NCBI GenBank assembly: GCA_016868355.1
Contig: VGHB01000013.1
Location: forward strand, 5,985-69,984
DNA length: 64,000 nt
Reading direction: 5' to 3'
Origin: Betaproteobacteria bacterium
GTDB taxonomy: Bacteria > Pseudomonadota > Gammaproteobacteria > Burkholderiales > Burkholderiaceae_C
The translations under genes were made by a program, and so were the position numbers. This document shows positions 44,738 through 51,697 of this stretch, one piece after another. Every line of letters begins with the position of its first letter. Positions within the stretch are counted from its first letter, which is position 1. Below the pieces are notes generated by a model that searched no databases, was not told the DNA's origin, and saw only the letters and a program-made list of their open reading frames with translations.

Positions 44738-46354
44738 CTACCGTTGACCGGCGGCCACCCAATCGGCCACGGCATCCAAGACCGGGCGGCCACGCCGCGG
44801 CGCTTCGTCGTGGTTGATGATGGCAGCCATCACCCACAGCCTTCCCTGCGCATCCTCGACATAACCCGCCAGGGCCACCGCGTTTCGCAAGGTTCCGGGC
44901 TTGAGCCGCGCGCGGGCACGGGCCGCGGTGTCCGTCATCCGGTTGCGCAAGGATCCATCGACCCCGGCAATCGGCAGGCTCATCAGCAATTCGCTGGCAT
45001 GCAGCTGGGTACTCGCCGCTCGCAGCACCATCGCCAACTGGCGCGGCGTGATGCGCTCACTGCGCGAAAGGCCTGAACCGTTGTCCAGCACCAAGCCCTC
45101 GGTGGCAATGCCCTGTTGTTCAAACCACCGCCGAACCGAAAGTTCAGCCCATTCGCGGGTGCTGCGTGGCGGCAGCGCGGCACCGGCCTGGCCCGCGCGG
45201 CGCTCTTCTTCCAAGCCCGTCAAAAGGTACAGGACCCGCGTGGCCACGTTGTCCGACGTCTTGTTCAAGGGCCGCAGCCATTCGCCCCAGGGGCGGGCTT
45301 CGCGCCGCGCCAACAATCGCGTGGGCTGAGGCGCGGCTGCCGAAGCTGAGGCGGCCACGGGCGCTGAGGCCTGCCGGCTGAGGGTACCCGCGCCTGCGGC
45401 CTCGCCCGCGGCCTCATAGGCAAATTCGCCTCGCTGGGCCTCTCGCACACGGCCGCTCCACTGCCCACCCAACTCGGTCCACACCCAGCGCAGCTGCGCC
45501 TGTGCTTGGCGGTTACGCTCCATCAACTGCAGCGGCTGGCGTTGGGTGCAATCGGCCGGAAAGCGGCCCTGCAGTTGAACCACCACCGTCCCATCGGTCT
45601 GCTCCTGGGTGCTTGGGGTGGCCCAGCCCGCCCTGCTCCAATCGCGACAGGCCACCGTACCCGGTTGGTGCAAGCTCAAGCGGTTGTCCACACGCACGCC
45701 CGGCAGTTCCGGCCTGAGGCGGGCCCGAACCTCGCTGCGGTCGGACACCAATTCCAAGACCTGCAAATTGCCCCCCAACTGCAGGGCATCGGGAATCACG
45801 TTGTAAGGGAACTCGGGCGACTCATCAAACGGGGGGATGCCGATGTCCAGGCGCGCGGGGTTGAACAGATGCCGGTCCAGTACGATGTCGCCATCGATGT
45901 GACGAATGCCCGCTTCTCGCAACTCCAGCATCAAGGCCCACAACTGGGCCAAGCCCAGTTCCAGATCGGCACCACCGCGCAACACCAGGTCACCGCGCAG
46001 ATGGCCTGCTTCGACCGGTGCGGCGGTGCGCAGTTCGGTGTAGCCCCGCAAATTGGGACCCACGCGGTCCAGGGCCACGGCACTGGTAACCACCTTCATC
46101 GCCGAAGCCGGCTGCATGGGACGGTCGGCCTGGTGCAGCAGGCCAACCGCGGAGCCCGCGCGCGCAGGCCTATCCACCGGCAATACCGCCACCGCCAGGG
46201 TCGAGGCATCCAAACCGGCGCGCTCCAGGGCTGCCCGAACTGGACCCGGTAGGGCCTGAGCTGGCTCAGGCGCGTGGGCGCAGCCGCCCAAAACCCAGGC
46301 CACGCTGAAAGCCAAGAGAGGTGGGGCCCACCAGCGCCGACGGCGCGGGTGCAT
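44738..46354 (-). CDS. dacB: D-alanyl-D-alanine carboxypeptidase/endopeptidase, PBP4 family (peptidase S13), probable lipoprotein
   Basis: The ATG at 46354 gives MHPRRRRWWAPPLLAFSVAWVLGGC (lipobox). SxxK in PASAMKVVTSAVAL. Ends with KPGTLRNAVALAGYV. The track ORF to 46699 reads through the upstream repeat region and is rejected. Confidence 0.8.
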   Translation of the reverse strand: MHPRRRRWWAPPLLAFSVAWVLGGCAHAPEPAQALPGPVRAALERAGLDASTLAVAVLPVDRPARAGSAVGLLHQADRPMQPASAMKVVTSAVALDRVGPNLRGYTELRTAAPVEAGHLRGDLVLRGGADLELGLAQLWALMLELREAGIRHIDGDIVLDRHLFNPARLDIGIPPFDESPEFPYNVIPDALQLGGNLQVLELVSDRSEVRARLRPELPGVRVDNRLSLHQPGTVACRDWSRAGWATPSTQEQTDGTVVVQLQGRFPADCTQRQPLQLMERNRQAQAQLRWVWTELGGQWSGRVREAQRGEFAYEAAGEAAGAGTLSRQASAPVAASASAAAPQPTRLLARREARPWGEWLRPLNKTSDNVATRVLYLLTGLEEERRAGQAGAALPPRSTREWAELSVRRWFEQQGIATEGLVLDNGSGLSRSERITPRQLAMVLRAASTQLHASELLMSLPIAGVDGSLRNRMTDTAARARARLKPGTLRNAVALAGYVEDAQGRLWVMAAIINHDEAPRRGRPVLDAVADWVAAGQR

Positions 46355-46457
46355 CGCAGCAAGGGCACACAAAACGGTTGTGTTCACCGCGCCATCATTC
46401 CACGGCGGAGCGACGGTGCACAAGTGCGCAGGCCGGCCGGCGACGCCCATGCCTTTG

Positions 46458-46501
46458 GGTAATGGGGCGGTGATGGGGCGGTAATGGGGCGGTAATGGGG
46501 C
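46458..46501. repeat. Four tandem 11-bp units GGTAATGGGGC / GGTGATGGGGC / GGTAATGGGGC / GGTAATGGGGC
   Basis: Read directly from the sequence. Located in the divergent intergenic region between dacB (start 46354, minus) and the amiD-like gene (start 46584, plus). Confidence 0.9.
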
Positions 46502-46583
46502 GCATTTCAACTTTTGAACTGCAGCGCCGGCATCAGGGCTGCAACGGGTGTTCGACCTTGATGGCCAGGCGCACAATTGGTGC

Positions 46584-47429
46584 ATGCAACCTGACTCAAA
46601 GCGATGCGGGCCGCTGAAATTGCTGGCCCATTGGTGCGGCGTGCTGTTGGCGGCGGCCCTGGTGGCCGGCTGCGCAGGCCCACGCATAGACGCCCACACC
46701 CACCGTGCGGTCAGCCATGACAGCCGGGCCCAGTTCCTGATCCTGCACTACACAGCCGTCGACTTGGCCACGTCGATCCGCATCCTGACGCAGCAACGCG
46801 TGTCTTCGCACTACCTGGTCACCGACGAGCAGCCCCCCCGCATCTACCGCTTGGTTGATGAGGACCGACGGGCTTGGCACGCCGGGATCAGCGCCTGGGA
46901 CGGGCACGCCATGCTCAACGGCAACTCTATTGGCATTGAGATCGTGAATCTGGGCTACCGGTCTGGGACCGACGGTCGGCCCACCGATTTCCAGCCCTAT
47001 TCGCCCGAGCAGGTCGAGTTGGTGGTGGAGTTGGTGCGTGACATCGTCAAGCGTCACCAGATCCGGCCCGACCGCGTACTCGGGCACAGCGACATTGCGC
47101 CGCAGCGCAAGATCGATCCGGGGCCCCTGTTTCCCTGGAAACGGCTGGCCGATGAAGGGCTGGTGACGTGGCCCAAGCCTGACGACGTTCGCCAGGCGCA
47201 AGCCCTGTACGCCACGGCAGTCCCACCAGTGCAATGGTTCCAACAGGCCCTGGCTAAACACGGCTTTCTGGTGGCCCAACATGGCGAACTCGATGAACCC
47301 ACGCGGCGAGTGGTGGCTGCATTCCAGATGAAGTACCGACCCGCGAGATACGACGGCCAGCCCGATGCTGAAACGGCCGCCCTGTTGACCGCGCTGACCG
47401 GTCTGCGCCACCAGGCCAAGGCACCGTGA
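46584..47429 (+). CDS. amiD: N-acetylmuramoyl-L-alanine amidase, AmiD/AmpD family, outer-membrane lipoprotein type with C-terminal peptidoglycan-binding domain
   Basis: The ATG at 46584 gives MQPDSKRCGPLKLLAHWCGVLLAAALVAGC (lipobox VAGC). Core FLILHYTA .. SSHYLV .. RAWHAGIS .. NSIGIEIVN .. GHSDIAPQRKIDPGPLFPW. C-terminal PGRP-type binding repeat (..VVAAFQMKYRPARYDGQPD..). Confidence 0.8.
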   Translation: MQPDSKRCGPLKLLAHWCGVLLAAALVAGCAGPRIDAHTHRAVSHDSRAQFLILHYTAVDLATSIRILTQQRVSSHYLVTDEQPPRIYRLVDEDRRAWHAGISAWDGHAMLNGNSIGIEIVNLGYRSGTDGRPTDFQPYSPEQVELVVELVRDIVKRHQIRPDRVLGHSDIAPQRKIDPGPLFPWKRLADEGLVTWPKPDDVRQAQALYATAVPPVQWFQQALAKHGFLVAQHGELDEPTRRVVAAFQMKYRPARYDGQPDAETAALLTALTGLRHQAKAP

Positions 47430-49057
47430 GCCCGCAGCGCCGCCAGTGGCTTGAGCAATCGGCGGCGCTGCTGTACACCGCAGCCGCGGGTGTGGCCGGG
47501 CTGGCCACAGCAGGCTGCAGCAGCACGGCACCCGCGGTGGCGCCCGCGTTGCCCAGTGCCGCCGGGCTGCCAGCCCAGGCCGTGCCCGCGGGTGCCCGTG
47601 CGCTGGCCCAGGCCCACCTCAGCCAGGCCGAACTGCCCCCAACCGCCCCGCGCGAGTGGCGCGCGGCCTGGGTGGCCAGCGTGGCCCACATCGACTGGCC
47701 CAAGCAAGCGGGCTTGAGCGCAGCCACCCTGCGCGCGCAGATTCTGGATATCGTTCAGCGATCGCAGGCCATGGGGCTTAACGCTTTGATCGTGCAGGTA
47801 CGCCCTGCCGCTGACGCCCTGTACCGGTCCAGCCTGGAGCCGCCCAGCGACTATCTGCATGCACAGGATCAACCAGGTGCTGACTTCGATGCATTGGCCT
47901 TGTGGGTACAAGCCTGCCACGCCCAAGGGCTGGAACTGCACGCGTGGTTCAACCCCTATCGGGCACGCCATCCATCGGCTCGTGGGCCGCTGCATGAGCA
48001 ACACGTGGCCCGTCGCCACCCGGCCTGGGTGCACCGTTATGGCGACATGCTGTGGCTCGATCCCGGCCAACCTGGGGTGCAAGAGCACAGCCTGAAAGTG
48101 ATCGCCGACGTGGTGCAACGCTATGACCTGGACGGTGTGCACGTTGACGACTATTTCTACCCCTATCCCGTCAAAGGCGCTGATGGACGCCATCTGCCCT
48201 TCCCCGATGAAGACAGCTTCAAGCAGCACCGGCCCGCGGGCATGGGCAACAGCCAGGCCGAGCGTGACCAGTGGCGGCGGCGCAATGTTGACCACTTTGT
48301 TGAGCAGATGTACCGCCGTGTGCACGCCATCAAACCCTGGGTGCAGGTCAGTATCAGCCCCTTTGGTATCGGTCGCCCCGACCGGCGTCCTGAGGGCATC
48401 GCAGGGTTCAGTCAATACGATCAGCTGCACGCTGATGTGGAACATTGGTGTGAGCGCGGATGGCTAGATGCACTGGTGCCGCAGCTGTATTGGCCTCGCA
48501 GCCGTCCGGCCCAATCGTTTGAGAAGCTCTTGGACTACTGGCTGGCCACCAACCCGCACGGGCGCCATGTGTGGGCCGGGCTGTACACCAGCTCCGTGGC
48601 CAACGGAACGCCCACGGCCTGGTCGCCTGATGAGATCCTCTGGCAGATCGACCGCCAGCGTGAGCGCAGCGCAAGCACCGGTCATGCGCACTTCAGCCTG
48701 AAGGCCTTGCTGCAAGACCGCGGCGGCTTGGCCCAAGCTTTGCCGCGCAGCCGCTACACCCAACGGGCCCTGACGCCGGCCATGCCCTGGTTGGCCCAGG
48801 GCCCCGCGCCAGCAGCGCCCCAAGCCCACCGCCTGCAAGACGGATACATCACTCTGACGGCCAGCCCGGGAACGGCCGCCCGGCGCTTTGCGGTGTGGCG
48901 CCGCCCACTGACGGGGTCGATTGGCAGCTGGCGCCTTGACCTGGTGCCGGCCCACCAAACCCTGCCGGTCACAGCAGGCAGCGAGGTGATCGTGGTGCAG
49001 GCCCTGGATGCAGCCGGCCGCGAGGGACCGCGCCAAGCCTTTGTTGTCAACACCTGA
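47426..49057 (+). CDS. GHL10-family (DUF187/YngK-like) putative glycoside hydrolase, exported
   Basis: The GTG start overlaps the amiD stop (GTGA). Tat-like (M)SPQRRQWLEQSAALLYTAAAGVAGLATAGC. Contains REWRAAWVASVAHIDWP .. GLNALIVQVRP .. LHAWFNPY .. DLDGVHVDDYFYP. Paralog of the N-terminal half of 1682..4156. Confidence 0.75.
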   Translation: MSPQRRQWLEQSAALLYTAAAGVAGLATAGCSSTAPAVAPALPSAAGLPAQAVPAGARALAQAHLSQAELPPTAPREWRAAWVASVAHIDWPKQAGLSAATLRAQILDIVQRSQAMGLNALIVQVRPAADALYRSSLEPPSDYLHAQDQPGADFDALALWVQACHAQGLELHAWFNPYRARHPSARGPLHEQHVARRHPAWVHRYGDMLWLDPGQPGVQEHSLKVIADVVQRYDLDGVHVDDYFYPYPVKGADGRHLPFPDEDSFKQHRPAGMGNSQAERDQWRRRNVDHFVEQMYRRVHAIKPWVQVSISPFGIGRPDRRPEGIAGFSQYDQLHADVEHWCERGWLDALVPQLYWPRSRPAQSFEKLLDYWLATNPHGRHVWAGLYTSSVANGTPTAWSPDEILWQIDRQRERSASTGHAHFSLKALLQDRGGLAQALPRSRYTQRALTPAMPWLAQGPAPAAPQAHRLQDGYITLTASPGTAARRFAVWRRPLTGSIGSWRLDLVPAHQTLPVTAGSEVIVVQALDAAGREGPRQAFVVNT

Positions 49058-49062
49058 GGACC

Positions 49063-49959
49063 ATGAACGCGAGCACCAGCCGCACCGAAACCCCCAACGC
49101 CGAGCATGCCGAGCTCGACCGCTACGACACGCCACAGCTGCTGGAAACCCTGATCGAAGACCATGCGCTTGCGGTGCGGGCGGTGAAGGCCGCCGCACCG
49201 GAGCTGGTCAGGGCTGTGGAAGCCACCGCCGAGCGGCTGGCCCGCGGCGGACGCCTCATTTACGCCGGCGCAGGCACCAGCGGCCGTTTGGGCGTGCTCG
49301 ACGCGGTGGAACTCAACCCCACTTTCTCGTGGCCGCGCCACCGGGCACCAGCCCTCTTGGCCGGCGGCGAAGGCGCGATGTTCCTGGCGGTGGAAGGGGC
49401 CGAAGACGACGGTGCGCAAGGCGCCCAAGACCTGCACCGGCTGGGGCCCATGGCCGACGATGTGGTGTTTGCCATCGCGGCATCGGGCACCACACCTTTT
49501 GCCCTGGGGGTGTTATCGGCGGCCCGCTCCTTGGGTTGTCTGACCATCGGCATGGCCAACAACCCGGATGCGCCGCTGGTGGCCGCCGCTGAAATCGGCA
49601 TCGTGCTGGACACCGGGCCCGAGGTGATTTCCGGCAGCACCCGCTTGAAGGCCGGCACGTCGCAGAAGGTGGCCTTGAACAGTTTTTCCAGCGCCGTGAT
49701 GGTGCGGCTGCACAAGGTCTACGGCAACCTGATGGTCGACCTCAGGGCCACCAACATCAAGCTGGTACACCGCGCGGTTCGGCTGACCATGCAGGCCAGC
49801 GGTGTCGGGCAGATGCAGGCCGAAGCTGCACTGCGCGATTGTGGGTTCTCGGTGAAGGTGGCTGTGGTGATGCTGCGTCTGGGCCTGGATGCCAGCGCAG
49901 CCCAAGATCGCTTGGCGGCCTGCGCGGGCCATCTGCGCGCGGCCTTGGGCGAAGGCTGA
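49063..49959 (+). CDS. murQ: N-acetylmuramic acid 6-phosphate etherase
   Basis: 298 aa. GGRLIYAGAGTSGRLGVLDAVELNPTF and ISGSTRLKAGTSQK match the MurQ SIS-domain signature. Confidence 0.9.
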   Translation: MNASTSRTETPNAEHAELDRYDTPQLLETLIEDHALAVRAVKAAAPELVRAVEATAERLARGGRLIYAGAGTSGRLGVLDAVELNPTFSWPRHRAPALLAGGEGAMFLAVEGAEDDGAQGAQDLHRLGPMADDVVFAIAASGTTPFALGVLSAARSLGCLTIGMANNPDAPLVAAAEIGIVLDTGPEVISGSTRLKAGTSQKVALNSFSSAVMVRLHKVYGNLMVDLRATNIKLVHRAVRLTMQASGVGQMQAEAALRDCGFSVKVAVVMLRLGLDASAAQDRLAACAGHLRAALGEG

Positions 49960-50023
49960 AACCCGGCGGACCATCAGCAGTCTGTGCAAACCTCCAGGCC
50001 GCGTTGTCGGCCTGAGCAATCCG

Positions 50024-51271
50024 TCAAACCGCCTCGAGGCTGAACGACAGGCCTTGCAACATCGCCGGCGTGTCCTGGCCGTTCATCTGCGCGGCCAAGA
50101 GTTGCGCGCTGCCGGTGGCAAGGGTGAAGCCCAGGGCGCCTTGGCCCAGGTTCAACCACAGGCCCGGCACGCCGCTGGGGCCAATGATGGGCGCGCCGCT
50201 GGGCGTGGCGGGCCGCAAACCCGCCCAGGGTTGCGCATGCGCGTAGTCGCCCGCTTGGGGCATATCGGTTTGCGCCACGCGCAGCAGACTCTGCAAACGT
50301 CCTTGGTCAATGGCCTCGTTTTGGCCCACCAAGTCCACCATCGCAGCCACGCGCAGGCGAGACCCAATACGCGCGTACAGCACCTTGCGTTCGAAGTCCG
50401 TTATGCTGGCGCGCGGCGCGGTGTGCTGCGCTTCAATGGGTGCATCCAAGCTGTAACCCTTGAGGGGGTATAGCGGCAGCTTCACCCCGAGGGGCAAGGC
50501 CAGTGCACGGCTGGCAATGCCCGCGGCCAGCACCACCGCGTCGGCGCCGTAGGCCTGCGCGCGGCCCTGCACCGACACGCGCGGGCCATCAGATCGAAGC
50601 GCCAGCACCGTGTCCAACACCAGGCCCTGAAAGTTCGGGTGGCCCTGCAGCCGATCCATCAGGCTCACACAGAAGGCGTGACAGTCGGCCACTGCCTCGT
50701 CTTCGCTGTAGATGCCGCCTGCAATCCTAGGCCCCAGTTGGGCCAGTGCCGGCTCTTGCGCCATGCACTGTTCGCGGCTCCACTCCTGCTGGCTGCCGTC
50801 TATGGATGCGGCCGCGCGGCGCTGGGATGCGCTGCTGCGGTACAGCACCAGCTTGCCCGCCTGCTCCCATGCGAAGTGGCTCACCGCGTGGCGGTCCATG
50901 AGTTCATGCAGACACTGCCGGCTGAATTGACCCAAGCGGGCCAGGCGCGAAGCCGTGGCCCGGTTGTCCGCGCCGTTACAGAGCGCCAAAAAACGCCCCA
51001 GCCAAGACCACTGCACCGGGTCAGCTTGGGGCCGCCAGCGCAGCGGGCCATCCGGGTCCAAGAGCCAGCGCAAGGCTTTTGCAGGCACGCCCGCATCGGC
51101 CAAGGGTGCCACGTAGCGGTAGCTCAGCTGCCCCCCGTTTCGAAGGCTGGTGCCTTGACCCACGCCGCGGGCATCCAGCAGGCTAACCCGCCAGCCCGAT
51201 TCGGCCAAGGCCCAGGCCGTGGTGATGCCCACCACGCCAGCGCCCAGGACCATGGCTTGTCCTTGCATCAT
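50024..51271 (-). CDS. dadA: FAD-dependent D-amino-acid dehydrogenase-like oxidoreductase
   Basis: The N-terminus MMQGQAMVLGAGVVGITTAWALAESGWRVSLLDARGVGQGTSLRNGGQL is DadA/DAO-like. The start is ambiguous (51271, 51268 or 51253); the track ORF to 51364 is rejected. Confidence 0.7.
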   Translation of the reverse strand: MMQGQAMVLGAGVVGITTAWALAESGWRVSLLDARGVGQGTSLRNGGQLSYRYVAPLADAGVPAKALRWLLDPDGPLRWRPQADPVQWSWLGRFLALCNGADNRATASRLARLGQFSRQCLHELMDRHAVSHFAWEQAGKLVLYRSSASQRRAAASIDGSQQEWSREQCMAQEPALAQLGPRIAGGIYSEDEAVADCHAFCVSLMDRLQGHPNFQGLVLDTVLALRSDGPRVSVQGRAQAYGADAVVLAAGIASRALALPLGVKLPLYPLKGYSLDAPIEAQHTAPRASITDFERKVLYARIGSRLRVAAMVDLVGQNEAIDQGRLQSLLRVAQTDMPQAGDYAHAQPWAGLRPATPSGAPIIGPSGVPGLWLNLGQGALGFTLATGSAQLLAAQMNGQDTPAMLQGLSFSLEAV

Positions 51272-51439
51272 CGGCTCAGGGTACCAAGAAGGCCCAGGGT
51301 ACCGAATCACGATCAGCACGCGGGGTATAACCGTGGTACATGGCCATGGACCGACGTGCAGCACCGATCCTGAAGTCCACTACCTCAACACCGCAAGGCG
51401 CACTTGAATGTCGACTTCGATGGCATACAGGGTTTTGTG

Positions 51440-51685
51440 ACCATGGCTGACCTGGGCGGCTGCGGGCGCGCCAGGTGGAGCGCAGTGCGGTCGGCCAAGC
51501 GTTCCTGCCGCAGGCACGCGCGATGATCCAGATCGAGCTGATTGGCGTGAGCAACTTCACGGCCACGCGCATCGCGACGGGCCATCAACGGGCCAGGCAG
51601 CGGTGAAGAACTGGCTCGCTTCATTGCTGCCGAATCGGCACGGTGGGGCCGCGTCATCCGCGACCGCAAGATCAGTACCGAATAG
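51440..51685 (+). pseudogene. Decayed 3' remnant of a Bug/TctC-family (tripartite tricarboxylate transporter) periplasmic binding-protein gene
   Basis: Own translation. One frame ends ..GEELARFIAAESARWGRVIRDRKISTE-stop (51602-51685), a typical Bug C-terminus. Another frame upstream reads W-AAAG-AP-GG.. and ..DDPDRADWREQL.., resembling the Bug W-x4-AP-x-GTP and DPEVR..L blocks. Frameshifts and in-frame stops (for example 51548-51550) separate them. There is room for only ~140 codons, versus ~325 for an intact gene. Confidence 0.4.
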
Positions 51686-51697
51686 CGGCCGCGCGGC

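Noticed and set aside
46458-46501. Whether the 11-bp tandem array could be a CRISPR or part of a mobile element.
   Set aside because: The units are directly adjacent with no spacers, are only 11 bp long, and no cas, transposase or integrase genes are nearby. It is reported as a simple tandem repeat instead.
44738-46699. N-terminally extended versions of real genes offered by the ORF track. Examples: dacB to 46699, GH38 from 16097, SIS gene from 22968, ldcA from 43471, MarR from 54971, RidA from 59225, kinase 2 to 32829, dadA to 51364.
   Set aside because: The extensions lack homology-like sequence, run through upstream genes or intergenic repeats, and often begin at TTG or GTG. Internal ATG or GTG starts give proper signal peptides or N-terminal motifs, and frequently form ATGA/GTGA overlaps with the preceding stop.
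51385-51669. A 94-aa minus-strand ORF (and 51276-51572) in the gap after the dadA-like gene.
   Set aside because: No motifs, and the composition is Arg/Ala-rich. The plus strand of the same DNA carries recognisable but frameshifted Bug-family sequence, so the region is better explained as a pseudogene remnant.
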